Shown piece by piece: positions 9,066 to 18,990 of a DNA stretch of 64,000 nt (the stretch's first letter is position 1; each line of letters starts with the position of its first letter). Source of the stretch: Turneriella sp. (GTDB lineage Bacteria > Spirochaetota > Leptospiria > Turneriellales > Turneriellaceae); NCBI GenBank assembly GCA_965279515.1, contig CBDIID010000003.1, positions 4,416,001-4,480,000 of the forward strand, read 5' to 3'. Below the pieces are notes generated by a model. That model worked only from the letters and a program-made list of their open reading frames with translations, did no database searches and was not told where the DNA came from. The translations under genes and the position numbers were made by a program.

Positions 9066-10556
9066 ATGTATACAGCCTCAGATCCGCTGGCCAAAGTTGA
9101 AAAAGACACGGAAGAATACCGTGACCATATCAACACGGTCAATGCGCAGGGAAAACGCGCATGGATCTTTGCCAAAAAACCGAAGGGAAAGTTTTATAAC
9201 TTGCGCACAATCGTCAGTTATGTACTGCTTTTCCTGATGTTTGCGGGGCCTTATGTCCGTATCCACGGTCAGCCGATTCTCCTCCTCAACGTGCTCGAGC
9301 GCAAGTTTATCCTGTTCGGTTTTGTCTTCTGGCCGCAGGATTTTTACATCGTGGTGCTGGGTTTGCTTGCTATGATCCTCACCATTGTGCTGTTCACATC
9401 GGTCTTCGGGCGTATCTGGTGCGGCTGGACCTGCCCGCAGACTGTTTTTCTTGAGATGTTGTTCCGCAAGATCGAATACGCGATCGAAGGCGATTTCCAG
9501 GACCAGAAACAACTGGCCATCGCCCCCTGGACAGGGGGAAAAATCGTCAAAAAGACTTCGAAGATCCTGATTTTTTATGTGCTGTCATTTGCAATCGCCA
9601 ATACGTTTCTTTCCTATATTATCGGCAGCGAAGAGCTCTGGAAAATCATCCGCGAGCCCGTCGCGCAGCATGTCGGCGGTTTTGTCGCCATCAACATTTT
9701 TACCGTCATCTTCTTTCTTGTCTTTGCCCGCTTTCGGGAACAGGCCTGCCATTTTGCCTGCCCCTACGGGCGTTTTCAGTCGGCGCTGGTTGATAATGAT
9801 ACGATCAGTGTGACCTATGACTTCAAGAGGGGCGAGAAGCGCGGCACGCTCGGCCAAAGAAAAAAAGCTGGGCCGATAGCACTGTCTGCCACTGCGGGCG
9901 CTTCGCTGGCAACCCCGACATCTTCTCATGGAGACTGCATCGACTGCGGCGCCTGCGTCGTGGTTTGTCCCGAGGGGATCGACATCCGCAACGGCATACA
10001 GCTCGAGTGCATTCAGTGCACAGCCTGCATTGACGCCTGCAACAAAATGATGCATGCTGTCGGCAAGCCCCCCGGATTAATCCGTTACACTTCTTATAAT
10101 ACGGTGGCAGCAGGGGCCACAGCGCCGCGGCGGAAAATTCCGATTAAGCTGCGTACGGTAGGTTATATGACGGTCTGGTTGCTGGTGATTTCAGCTTTTA
10201 GCTACCTGGTGCTTTCGCGGGAAAAAATCGAAACCGTACTTCTGCGCCAACCGGGTATGCTCGCCCAGAAACTACCCGATGGTTACGTGACCAATCTCTA
10301 TTCACTGAAGATTTTCAACAAAACATTCGATCGCCAGAATGCCGAGGTGCGCCTGGCCGATATTCCGGGGGAAATCCGCCTGATCGACCCCGTGGGAGAA
10401 ATCGCCCCGCAAAATGTTGCGGAAGCGCGTTTTTTTATCGCTTTAAAAAGTGAGCTTATTGGCGGCCAAAGCCGGCCGATTGAACTTGAAATTTGGTCGA
10501 ATGGACGGCTCATACAAAAGAAGAAAACCGTGTTTATTACCGCTGGAGGAACCTGA
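9066..10556 (+). CDS. ccoG: Cytochrome c oxidase accessory protein CcoG
   Basis: GRIWCGWTCPQTVF, CPYGRFQ and two 4Fe-4S motifs (CIDCGACVVVCP, CIQCTACIDAC). Confidence 0.96.
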   Translation: MYTASDPLAKVEKDTEEYRDHINTVNAQGKRAWIFAKKPKGKFYNLRTIVSYVLLFLMFAGPYVRIHGQPILLLNVLERKFILFGFVFWPQDFYIVVLGLLAMILTIVLFTSVFGRIWCGWTCPQTVFLEMLFRKIEYAIEGDFQDQKQLAIAPWTGGKIVKKTSKILIFYVLSFAIANTFLSYIIGSEELWKIIREPVAQHVGGFVAINIFTVIFFLVFARFREQACHFACPYGRFQSALVDNDTISVTYDFKRGEKRGTLGQRKKAGPIALSATAGASLATPTSSHGDCIDCGACVVVCPEGIDIRNGIQLECIQCTACIDACNKMMHAVGKPPGLIRYTSYNTVAAGATAPRRKIPIKLRTVGYMTVWLLVISAFSYLVLSREKIETVLLRQPGMLAQKLPDGYVTNLYSLKIFNKTFDRQNAEVRLADIPGEIRLIDPVGEIAPQNVAEARFFIALKSELIGGQSRPIELEIWSNGRLIQKKKTVFITAGGT

Positions 10557-11026
10557 TGCAAAACCAAACCATACCTGGTGGGACGCAAACTTTTCGGGAT
10601 AGGTATTCCTGGCCCCTGGGCATCATGATCGGGCTGGGCCTGTTTATGGCGATGACTGTGTATTTCGTAAAAAAAGCATTCTCTGAGCGGGTAGATCTTG
10701 TCGCCACCGATTATTATTACCGTGACAAGAGTTTCTCAGAACGCCTTCTGCGCCAGAAAAAACTTCTGAAGCATGGCCCAAGTGAAATCACACGTTCTGC
10801 AGCGGGCGTCAGCGTCCTCCTGCCCGGTTTTTTTACGGATAAAAAAATCACGGGCACAGTTTATTTTTATTCACCTCTGAATCCCGCCGACGACTTTTCG
10901 CTGCCGGTCGAGTTTCAGGGAAAAAATGCGGCGATTCCTGCCAAAGTCGCCCCCGGTCATCGCTGGCGCGTTTCGCTGGAATTTTCTGCCGGCGGTGACG
11001 GTTATTATCTCGAAAGCGTGATCTGA
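10556..11026 (+). CDS. ccoH: FixH/CcoH family protein
   Basis: W..GI TM segment and DLV..DYY motif; start overlaps the ccoG stop (TGATG). Confidence 0.8.
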   Translation: MQNQTIPGGTQTFRDRYSWPLGIMIGLGLFMAMTVYFVKKAFSERVDLVATDYYYRDKSFSERLLRQKKLLKHGPSEITRSAAGVSVLLPGFFTDKKITGTVYFYSPLNPADDFSLPVEFQGKNAAIPAKVAPGHRWRVSLEFSAGGDGYYLESVI

Positions 11027-11676
11027 TGGTCTACCTCGCCTCAGCGTTGGCGATGGGTTTTTTCTCCGGGGGCCATTGCCTGGGTATGTGTGGGCCGCTG
11101 GTGCTTGCCCTGCCGGTGAGCCCGGTGAGCCATACGCGCTCCGTAATTTACCGCATTGTTTACAACTCGGGCCGCGTCGTTACCTATACGCTGCTCGGCG
11201 CGCTTGTCGGCCTGGCCGGGATCACCTTTTCGCTGCGTGGCTGGCAAACGAAAGTTTCGTATATCGCTGGCGGTCTGCTCATTGTTTTTTCGCTCATTCA
11301 GCTGATGCCGTTTTTTCATATTGCCTTTTTTACCGGCATCCACGCGCGTATGCTGCGGTTTTTCAGCGGTGCTGCCAAGCAGCCGGGGGCGCTGCGTTCT
11401 TTTGTCCTGGGTGGCGTGAACGGTTTTTTGCCCTGTGGCATGGTGACAGCCGCGCTCGCCGCAAGCCTCGCGGCCGGTGAATTTTACGGCAGTGCGCTTT
11501 ATATGTTATTTTTCGGCCTCGGGACTTTTCCCGTCATGCTGGTGGCTTCGCTCTTTGGTATGTACCTGAGCCCGGCCGCGAAGCGGGTGCTGTCCTTCAT
11601 CGGACCGCTCTATGGCCTGGCCCTGGGCATACTGCTGCTGCTGCGGCCGTCGCTGATGCTGCCGCATTGCCATTGA
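11026..11676 (+). CDS. DsbD_2/TauE-like membrane protein (cytochrome biogenesis), cco-associated
   Basis: HCLGMCGP, YN.GR..TY, NGFLPCGMV and FGLGT motifs. Confidence 0.88.
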   Translation: MVYLASALAMGFFSGGHCLGMCGPLVLALPVSPVSHTRSVIYRIVYNSGRVVTYTLLGALVGLAGITFSLRGWQTKVSYIAGGLLIVFSLIQLMPFFHIAFFTGIHARMLRFFSGAAKQPGALRSFVLGGVNGFLPCGMVTAALAASLAAGEFYGSALYMLFFGLGTFPVMLVASLFGMYLSPAAKRVLSFIGPLYGLALGILLLLRPSLMLPHCH

Positions 11677-11714
11677 AGTTGTCACGGCATTGATTTTTTA
11701 AAACCTCAGCCGGA

Positions 11715-12791
11715 TTGAAAACACCGGTAAAAATCATCACGGAAGGGGATGTCTTCTATGCAGAAGCGGTCCGCGCCATACGGCGCGCGCACAGCACCGT
11801 TTCATTCATGGTATATATCTGGCAGGACGACGAAGTCGGCCGGCAGTTTGAAACGGCGTTGATACAGGCAGCCCGCCGTCACGTCAGTGTGCAGCTGGTC
11901 ATCGACGCAGTCGGAAGTTTTGACCTTCCCGTCGCCGCGATTACGCGGATGCGCGAGGCGGGGGTCTTAGTCTACATGCACCACCGCATTAAAATACTCC
12001 GCTGGGGCTGGTTGCGTTATCTTATCCGCCGGAATCACAGGAAAATTATCGTGATCGATGACCGGCTCGCCTTTACCGGCGGTTTCAATATCATGCGCGA
12101 ATGTTCGCGCAGGTTTTATGGCCAGCGGCGTTGGCTCGATATGATGATTGAGACGAAGGTACCGGCGCTGGTCGCGCACCTGAGGCAGCAGTACCACGAT
12201 GCCTGCCGCCGCGCGCGCCATGAGAAATGGACTTCGCGGCTCTTGACGCGCAGCGGCAATCGTGTGATTGTTTGCGGAGGGGAGCGGATCGTGACTTATT
12301 CGATGTCACGCTGGCTCAAACGCCGGCTGCGGCATGCGCGTGCACAGATCACCGTTGCCGTGCCTTATTTTATCCCATACGGTTTTTTCTGGCGCATCTT
12401 AGCGAAAAAACTGAAAGAAGGCGTGCGCGTCGAAGTGATTCTCTCCGAAGCCTCAGACTTGCCCTGGATTGATGCGATTTCTTTCGCGATGGCCAGCCGG
12501 CTGCGTAAGAAGGGGGCCGATATCTACCTTTACCGCGGCAACGGTGAGATGCCGCGATTTTCGCACACGAAAATTTTCCGTATTGATGATTGGGTCGGCA
12601 CGGGTTCGGCTAACTATGATTACCGCAGTATGGTGCTCAATCTCGATACGCTGTTGTTCTTCCGTCATGCACCGGGGGGATGGAACTCTGCGTATGCCGC
12701 ACTGCGCTCGCAGAGCCGCATGGCCACAGAGGCCGATTTGAAACCCGGCTTTCGCGCCTGGTTGATCTGGCCCTTGCGCTGGCTTCTCTAA
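11715..12791 (+). CDS. cls: Phospholipase D family, cardiolipin synthase-like
   Basis: Two HxK(x)4D motifs: NHRKIIVID and SHTKIFRID..GSANYD.RS. Confidence 0.85.
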   Translation: MKTPVKIITEGDVFYAEAVRAIRRAHSTVSFMVYIWQDDEVGRQFETALIQAARRHVSVQLVIDAVGSFDLPVAAITRMREAGVLVYMHHRIKILRWGWLRYLIRRNHRKIIVIDDRLAFTGGFNIMRECSRRFYGQRRWLDMMIETKVPALVAHLRQQYHDACRRARHEKWTSRLLTRSGNRVIVCGGERIVTYSMSRWLKRRLRHARAQITVAVPYFIPYGFFWRILAKKLKEGVRVEVILSEASDLPWIDAISFAMASRLRKKGADIYLYRGNGEMPRFSHTKIFRIDDWVGTGSANYDYRSMVLNLDTLLFFRHAPGGWNSAYAALRSQSRMATEADLKPGFRAWLIWPLRWLL

Positions 12792-12799
12792 CAGGGTAG

Positions 12800-13261
12800 C
12801 TAGAGCTTCTTCTTGAACGCCATCTTTTTTACGCCGGCGGGATGCTGCGCCTTTTCCTGCATGATCCTATGCGCTGCGGGCAGGGTGGTTGCCTGCAGTG
12901 CCTTGGTCGTCGCGGCGCGCAGGTCTTTCCAGATGAAGTGAGCAGGGCAGGGGGCGGCATCGTTACACGAGCTTAGGCCCAATGCACAGTCGACGAATTC
13001 CGTAATGCCATCGATAGTGATTTTGATGTCGTAGAGGCTGATTTCAGTTACCGGTTTGGCGAATTGATAACCGCCGCCCGGGCCTTTATTTGAGCGCAGA
13101 ATTTTTCCGGCGACGAGCTGTTTTAGTATCTTACTGAGGTAGGGCTTGGGGACGTCGGCACCGGTGGCGATCTCTTCGACGGTGAAGATTTTCTTCTCTT
13201 CGCGCGACGTCATGTAGCTCAGGGCTCTGACGGCGTATTTGCTGGCACTACTATATAGCAT
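12800..13261 (-). CDS. Rrf2 family transcriptional regulator (Fe-S type)
   Basis: KYAVRAL, YLSKILKQL and S.KGPGGGY motifs; Cys motif CALGLSSCNDAAPCPAH. Confidence 0.93.
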   Translation of the reverse strand: MLYSSASKYAVRALSYMTSREEKKIFTVEEIATGADVPKPYLSKILKQLVAGKILRSNKGPGGGYQFAKPVTEISLYDIKITIDGITEFVDCALGLSSCNDAAPCPAHFIWKDLRAATTKALQATTLPAAHRIMQEKAQHPAGVKKMAFKKKL

Positions 13262-13271
13262 AATTAACGAT

Positions 13272-13302
13272 TAATGCATCTAGATATCTTTCATAGCGTC
13301 AA
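13272..13302 (-). promoter_or_regulatory. Putative autoregulatory operator and -35 box upstream of the Rrf2 gene
   Basis: Minus strand reads TTGACG-CTAT-GAAAGAT-ATCTAG-ATGCATT, resembling the cco operator (AAAGGAT-N6-ATCCTTT). Confidence 0.4.
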
Positions 13303-13395
13303 GGCAAATTTTACTATTGAATCGCCTGAATACGGCTGACGCCCTGTCCCCGCCTGCCCGTTTTTGGCATCGCCTCCCCCGAAAGGACTGTTTCC

Positions 13396-14319
13396 CTGGA
13401 TGCCATAACGGCTGCTGCCCAAAAGCTGGGTTTTAGTCGCGCCGCGGCGCTTCCCGTTTCTGCCGTCGAGCACGAGTTCCGTCTCCTTTACGAGGATTTT
13501 CTCGCCCGTGGCCTTGCGGCCGACCTGAAGTACCTGTCGAGGCCCGAGCGTTTCGATCTGCGCAGTATTTTTCCGGCAGCGCAGACCCTGCTGTTGTTTT
13601 TTTACCCGTATCGATTCGGCGCTGTCGAGAAGAAGCTGCGCGCAGCACCCTTCAAGGTCGCGCGTTATGCCTGGCAACAGGACTACCACTTGCTGTTGCG
13701 CCATAAGCTGAGTTCCCTGCTGTCGACTTTTACGCTCGATGGCCGCGCGGTAACAGATTCGGCGCCACTGTTTGAACGGTATTGGGCGCGCCGCGCCGGT
13801 CTCGGCTTCATCGGCAGAAATGGCATGCTGATCGACCGGCAAAAGGGCAGCTTCTTTTTTATTGCCGCGGCCCTGGTTGCTGAAGAGATTAGGTCACCGG
13901 GGGATATCCCCAGGCGCGAAAAGGATTTCCTGCCGGAGAAAGATTTTACCGAGTTTTGCAAAGATTGCCGCCTCTGTATCGACGCCTGCCCTACGGGTGC
14001 CCTGTTTGGTGACGGTCTCATGGAAACCAGCAAATGCATTTCGTACCGCACGATCGAGAGCAAGCGTGAAGCCGTGCATGACCTGCGGTATAAGAAGCAC
14101 CGCTGGATTTTTGGCTGTGATATCTGCCAGCAGGTTTGCCCTTACAATAAAAGTCCTTCAGCATTTGCCGATGATGATTTTAACGACGAGCATGCCGCTG
14201 CGGAAAAAATAGCGGCCGGGGATATTCCCGTGAGCCGCAGTGCCTTAAAAAATTCCGTATTCTTCAGGCGCGGCGTCGAAAAAATCCGGGATAATGCCGC
14301 GGCATTAGAGCCGCGATAG
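13396..14319 (+). CDS. queG: Epoxyqueuosine reductase QueG (probable CTG start)
   Basis: VARYAW..DYH, DSAPLFER..A.RAGLGFIGRN, C..C..C...CP and IFGCDICQQVCPYN motifs. The frame is open upstream of the TTG at 13594 and encodes the QueG N-terminus. Confidence 0.88.
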   Translation: MDAITAAAQKLGFSRAAALPVSAVEHEFRLLYEDFLARGLAADLKYLSRPERFDLRSIFPAAQTLLLFFYPYRFGAVEKKLRAAPFKVARYAWQQDYHLLLRHKLSSLLSTFTLDGRAVTDSAPLFERYWARRAGLGFIGRNGMLIDRQKGSFFFIAAALVAEEIRSPGDIPRREKDFLPEKDFTEFCKDCRLCIDACPTGALFGDGLMETSKCISYRTIESKREAVHDLRYKKHRWIFGCDICQQVCPYNKSPSAFADDDFNDEHAAAEKIAAGDIPVSRSALKNSVFFRRGVEKIRDNAAALEPR

Positions 14320-14538
14320 TTCCTGGCCCAGGCGTTTGAGATCTCCCAGAACTTCTGACGGCGCTGGGTTTATGGTATTACCCAGTTCATTGGCGTCGTC
14401 GATGAGATCCAGAATGAGTTTTTTCTGTGCGACGCGCTGCGCGGTCGTCAGGCGCATATACTCGTTTTTATATTCGCCCGCCTTTTTATCGATCATGGCG
14501 ATAATTTTGTTCATGGCGGCGACTTGTTCCGATGACAT
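14305..14538 (-). CDS. Small hypothetical helical protein
   Basis: 77 aa ORF that fills the gap between queG and the PBP gene, with an amphipathic, protein-like composition. Confidence 0.65.
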   Translation of the reverse strand: MSSEQVAAMNKIIAMIDKKAGEYKNEYMRLTTAQRVAQKKLILDLIDDANELGNTINPAPSEVLGDLKRLGQELSRL

Positions 14539-14619
14539 ATCCCGGGCTTGCTAAGAATTTTAGCCGCGATGTCGACTTTTTTCCTCTTTACTAGGGCCGT
14601 GATCTAATGCTTATGCGCA

Positions 14620-17058
14620 ATGCCCGTGAAAATATTCCGCTGGATCTGGAATCATAAGGCGAAAATCACGCTGGTGACGACCGCCCTTGTGGCCGCTTTT
14701 GCGCTGTCGATGGTCGTCGGCGCCTTTATCAAGTGGCAGGGAAAAAAAGAAACCGTAAGCCATATTCTGGATGCAGTGCAGGCAGAGCTCAAGGGTGAGA
14801 TCTCTGAACGCGACAGAAAACTTATCGAGATCTATGACAGAAATGGTGTCCTGATCGGCGAGATGCGCCGCGCCGGGCAGCGCGACATCCGCGCCGATAA
14901 CATGGTTGAATACAAAAACGTTGTCTGGGCGCTGTTGGCTTCTGAAGACCGGAATTTCTACAAGCATGGCGGTGTGCAGCTGCGTGCCATCGGCCGCGCG
15001 CTGGTCACCATGGTCACGGGGGGTGAGACACAGGGCGGCAGTACGATCACGCAGCAGCTGGCAAAACTCGTTTTGAGCGAAGCGGAAGCCGCAGAAGCGG
15101 GGCAGGCGGGCGATACGGCAAAGATCCGCAAGCGCAGCATCTTCAATAAATTATCCGAATTTTTCTGCACCTGGTACCTGGAGTCCAAATACGATAAAGC
15201 AACGATTCTCGCGATGTACCTGAATAAGGTCTATCTCGGTATGATGAGCGTCGGTTTCGAAGATGCCAGCCGGCGATATTTCGGTGTTTCGGCGCGCGAG
15301 CTTTCACCGGCAGAGGCGGCGATGCTGGTTGGTATTATTCCAGCCCCTTCGGTTTATAATCCCGCCGCTTCGATGAAGCAGGCACTCCACCGGCAGCAGC
15401 TGGTATTAAAGCTGATGAGCGCGCATCCCTATGTCGTGAAGACGACTGAAAAGCTGGATGTCGAAAAACAAATCCGCGGTTTTCGTGAAAAACATACCGT
15501 CGTCGACCGCAAGGTCGGCGACCTCAACCTCTATACGGCGAAAATCGGCCGTTATATCTATGCGCGCAATTTTCGTTTGAATCGGGCTCCTGATTTCCTG
15601 AATGAAGTCGAGAAGTTTCTCAATAAAAAATATACCAGCGATGAGCTCAAGACAAAGGTGCTGAGAATTGATACAGCGCTCGACATCCGCAACCAGGAAG
15701 CCGCGGCGCGGCTCATGGGCGCCCGCGTCGCAGCGGTGAAGGCCGAGCTCACCAAGGAACGCGAAAATCTTATCGCAAAGAATAATAAGGCCGACGCCGA
15801 CGTCGTTCAGGTCATTGAAGATGGTTTGAATGGCAGTTTCATCGCCATCAATCCCGAAAATATGTATGTCGACAGTGTCGTCGGTGGTTATGAATACCGC
15901 AGCACGTCGCCGATCAACCGTGCGTTCTCGATGTATCGCCAGCCCGGTTCGACGATTAAGGGGCTTGTCTATGCGCTGGCGTTTCAGGAAAAACTCATCC
16001 ATCCCTCAAGCATCGTCGAAGATAAGGCGGTAAACTACGGCGGGTATCAGCCGAAAAACTGGTACAAGGGTTTTAAGGGCAAGGTGACGGCGCGGCAGGC
16101 TTTTGCACTCTCGATGAATACGGTGCCTGTGCAGCTGCTGCATAAGATTGGCCTGGGCAAATTTACCGATACGATGCAGGCGGTGCTTGGGCTGAGCTCT
16201 GAAGAGATGGCGCTCAGAATCGGCGACCGCAAAAATCTGGCGATGGCGCTGGGTGCGATCGAGCTCTCCCCGCTGGAACTGGCGAAAATCTATGCAACGA
16301 TCGCCTCGGGGGGGCTGAAGGTTGAACCCATCATGGTGACAAAGATCTCCGATTTCGACGGCAAAGAAATCTATAAAGCCGAAGATAAACCGCGCGAACG
16401 TATACTCGACCCCGTTGCGTCAGCCATGGTGATGAATCTCATGCAGGCCGTCATTTCATCGGAAGGAACAATGCCCGTGAAACTCAAGGAGCTCGAGGGC
16501 ATATCCGGGGGCAAATCGGGGACTGTACAATCACCTTCATCGGCGAAAGCAAAATGGAATAACCGCACCGGCATCCGTGATACGTGGTTTGTGGGTGCCT
16601 TGCCGGCAGAAATCAGTGTGATCTGGGTGGGGCATGAGCGGGGAGCGCCGTTCACAGGCTCGGGCAGCGGTACTGCCGGCGGTGTCTGGCAGGATTTTAG
16701 CAAGGACTATGTTGCGGGACATCCGGAAAATAAACGTTTTCTGCCGGCCCTCGAAAGCGGTTTTGTGGCGCTGGATATCTGCGGCGAAATCGGTTTAATT
16801 TTGCGGCAGTACAAGTGCCGCTATCCCCTGCGCGCCCAGGTGTATTATGCCGAAAACCAGGGCGAGCTGAGCCAACGCACCGACGCTTATGTGGCAAAGA
16901 TTTCGACGCCGGTGCTGATGGGTGCTCCGGGGGAGCTGACGATACAGACGCGTACCGACGGCAAGACGCCTGACCTTGTCGACAAAAGCGAACTTGCGAA
17001 TGGAGCGGGGGTCGAGCTCGAAGAAGGCCCGCAGCAGAATCTCGAGATGTTTAATTAG
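14620..17058 (+). CDS. Class A penicillin-binding protein (transglycosylase-transpeptidase)
   Basis: GT51 motifs EDRNF..HGGV and QGGSTITQQL; transpeptidase motifs GSTIK (SxxK), SMN and KSG. Confidence 0.93.
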   Translation: MPVKIFRWIWNHKAKITLVTTALVAAFALSMVVGAFIKWQGKKETVSHILDAVQAELKGEISERDRKLIEIYDRNGVLIGEMRRAGQRDIRADNMVEYKNVVWALLASEDRNFYKHGGVQLRAIGRALVTMVTGGETQGGSTITQQLAKLVLSEAEAAEAGQAGDTAKIRKRSIFNKLSEFFCTWYLESKYDKATILAMYLNKVYLGMMSVGFEDASRRYFGVSARELSPAEAAMLVGIIPAPSVYNPAASMKQALHRQQLVLKLMSAHPYVVKTTEKLDVEKQIRGFREKHTVVDRKVGDLNLYTAKIGRYIYARNFRLNRAPDFLNEVEKFLNKKYTSDELKTKVLRIDTALDIRNQEAAARLMGARVAAVKAELTKERENLIAKNNKADADVVQVIEDGLNGSFIAINPENMYVDSVVGGYEYRSTSPINRAFSMYRQPGSTIKGLVYALAFQEKLIHPSSIVEDKAVNYGGYQPKNWYKGFKGKVTARQAFALSMNTVPVQLLHKIGLGKFTDTMQAVLGLSSEEMALRIGDRKNLAMALGAIELSPLELAKIYATIASGGLKVEPIMVTKISDFDGKEIYKAEDKPRERILDPVASAMVMNLMQAVISSEGTMPVKLKELEGISGGKSGTVQSPSSAKAKWNNRTGIRDTWFVGALPAEISVIWVGHERGAPFTGSGSGTAGGVWQDFSKDYVAGHPENKRFLPALESGFVALDICGEIGLILRQYKCRYPLRAQVYYAENQGELSQRTDAYVAKISTPVLMGAPGELTIQTRTDGKTPDLVDKSELANGAGVELEEGPQQNLEMFN

Positions 17059-18280
17059 AACGCGTCAAAAGTCCCGAATAGAAGGCCTCATAGTTTGCGG
17101 GCTTGCCGTGCAGCGAGTAGCCGTAGACACTGATATGGAAGGGAGAAGATTCTCCCGGCTGCAGTGCTTTTTTCACTGCAAAACCATAGGAGCTGCCGAT
17201 AAATTTACCCGACGCGTCAAAAAGACTGAGCAGTATTCTGGGATAGGTGACTTCAGTCTCTTCATTGTTCGTAATGATTCCGCTAAAGGAATAATCGTTG
17301 AGCGTCGAACCCGTAGCTTTGCCGAAACGCAGATTTTTTGCGGTTAGTGCCAAAGCACGGTGACCATAAAATGTCTGCGCCGGTTCGAAGCTGATTTCAT
17401 AATTCGCATAACCTGTGGGTGGTTTAAACAGACATGAGAATGGGAGTTTTTCTTTTTCCAATACTGGTCTGTCGGGCGCAACGCAATGCGCTCCGGCGAG
17501 CAGATTTTTTCTGTTATCGTAGAGCTGCACCGATAGGCGTACATCGCCGAGCATTGCCTTGCCGGTATTTTCCACGCGACCGATGATTTGCGTAAAGCCT
17601 CCGGCGCCACCCTTGCGCAGAGCGACGTCGATAAGCCGTCCCGAAGGTTCGGCGCTTTCTTCGAGAGTACCTTTGTCGGTTTTCGCAAGGTTTACTACGA
17701 CACGTCTGTCGTTCTTCTGCGAAGGGAGTGTCGCTGTTACGCCGCTGATGGTCGTTGTTTTGGTACTGCTCAGAGCTTTCGGCGGATCTTCCATAGGCAC
17801 GGCACCTGATGCCTTCTCGCGTGGAATTTCACCGCGCGCTGTTTTCAGTATCACCCCGGAAGAGGAATCGACGAGGCGCAGAAAAATTTCCGTCCTGTCG
17901 GCTTTGCCTGTCACTACACCGATAACAACGGCGTTGACTGAAAGCAAACGGCCGAGCCTCGCGGCGGTTGCAGCATCGACTGCGCCACTTTGCACGAGCT
18001 CATGCTCCTTGAGAACCTGATTGAGGCGCGAGCGCTCGACAACCTTAAGGTTCGAGCCGGCGACGATTTCATGGATGAGTTTGTCACAGATCTCCAGTGC
18101 CTCGGTTTCCTGACTTAGCCCGCGTGTTTCAGGCGTGAATACCGCCACGGTTTTTTCTGCAAGTCTGTTTTCTGCCTGTGCAATTTCGCCCGCGAGCCGT
18201 TTGATGGTGCTGACCGAGCTGCTGGCACAGAAATAACACAGCGCCCATAAGGGCAAAATAAAAAACGCCCGGCGGTTCAC
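17051..18280 (-). CDS. Lipoprotein with a FlgO/CsgG-like N-domain and two FxLYD-like domains
   Basis: Lipobox-like LCYFC; VVER..L.QVL.E..L..SG.VD..TA.RLG (CsgG/FlgO-like); G.V.N.G...VQLYD and G.ITN...LSLFD...FIG repeats. Confidence 0.75.
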   Translation of the reverse strand: MNRRAFFILPLWALCYFCASSSVSTIKRLAGEIAQAENRLAEKTVAVFTPETRGLSQETEALEICDKLIHEIVAGSNLKVVERSRLNQVLKEHELVQSGAVDAATAARLGRLLSVNAVVIGVVTGKADRTEIFLRLVDSSSGVILKTARGEIPREKASGAVPMEDPPKALSSTKTTTISGVTATLPSQKNDRRVVVNLAKTDKGTLEESAEPSGRLIDVALRKGGAGGFTQIIGRVENTGKAMLGDVRLSVQLYDNRKNLLAGAHCVAPDRPVLEKEKLPFSCLFKPPTGYANYEISFEPAQTFYGHRALALTAKNLRFGKATGSTLNDYSFSGIITNNEETEVTYPRILLSLFDASGKFIGSSYGFAVKKALQPGESSPFHISVYGYSLHGKPANYEAFYSGLLTRSN

Positions 18281-18990
18281 GGTATCAAAAGCGGCGGGCT
18301 GGAAATGCTGAGGCCGCTCTCATTCAGTGCATGCTGATCGGCGAGCGCGCTGGCGGGGTATGTGGGCAGGTCAGACGCGTTAGAGTACAGCCAGCGCAAT
18401 GAGTTGATATCACGCGATGAGTAAGAGGTCTTGGAAGTCAAGTAGGCATTCATAAGATCACCATCCCTGGGGGAGTGATCCCAGAGGCCGAGGCAGTGAC
18501 CCATTTCATGCGCGGCGACGAATTCTGTATCGCGTTCACCAATCGGCTTGCCTTGAACTGTCGTTGCAATCGTCAATGAGATCGGCGTAAGTACATAGTA
18601 CTGCTTACTCAGGGAGTTATAGGCAAGCGATGCGCTGCAGACGCCAATAACGTTTCCACCCAGCGAGTTAACATACTTCACTTCAACATCGGGTGGTTCT
18701 GCGTAAGTGGTTTGTACCTCACCGAAGAGGGAGACATTTTTTTGCCAGAATTGTATGCCTTTAAGGGCGGCATTTTCCCCTGCTTCGGTGCATCCGGCAA
18801 CGGCGCAACGGTTGTAGCGTAATTTGACAGGCATTTGCGACCAGCTGAATTTTTTACCTGCGATCTGCGACGGTGATGTGAATTCGACATTGTAGCGCGC
18901 GTCGAGTCCCGGATCTGTCGCCGACATACAGCCACCGTATGTGCCAGCGATGAGCAAAAAAATCACGCTAAAAGATGGCGTACATCGCAT
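18277..18990 (-). CDS. Matrixin (M10-like) zinc metalloprotease lipoprotein
   Basis: HEMGHCLGLWDH zinc motif, Met-turn DLMNAY and lipobox YGGC. Confidence 0.85.
   Translation of the reverse strand: MRCTPSFSVIFLLIAGTYGGCMSATDPGLDARYNVEFTSPSQIAGKKFSWSQMPVKLRYNRCAVAGCTEAGENAALKGIQFWQKNVSLFGEVQTTYAEPPDVEVKYVNSLGGNVIGVCSASLAYNSLSKQYYVLTPISLTIATTVQGKPIGERDTEFVAAHEMGHCLGLWDHSPRDGDLMNAYLTSKTSYSSRDINSLRWLYSNASDLPTYPASALADQHALNESGLSISSPPLLIP

Noticed and set aside
13291..13842. 183-aa minus-strand ORF
   Set aside because: Antisense shadow of the extended queG frame.
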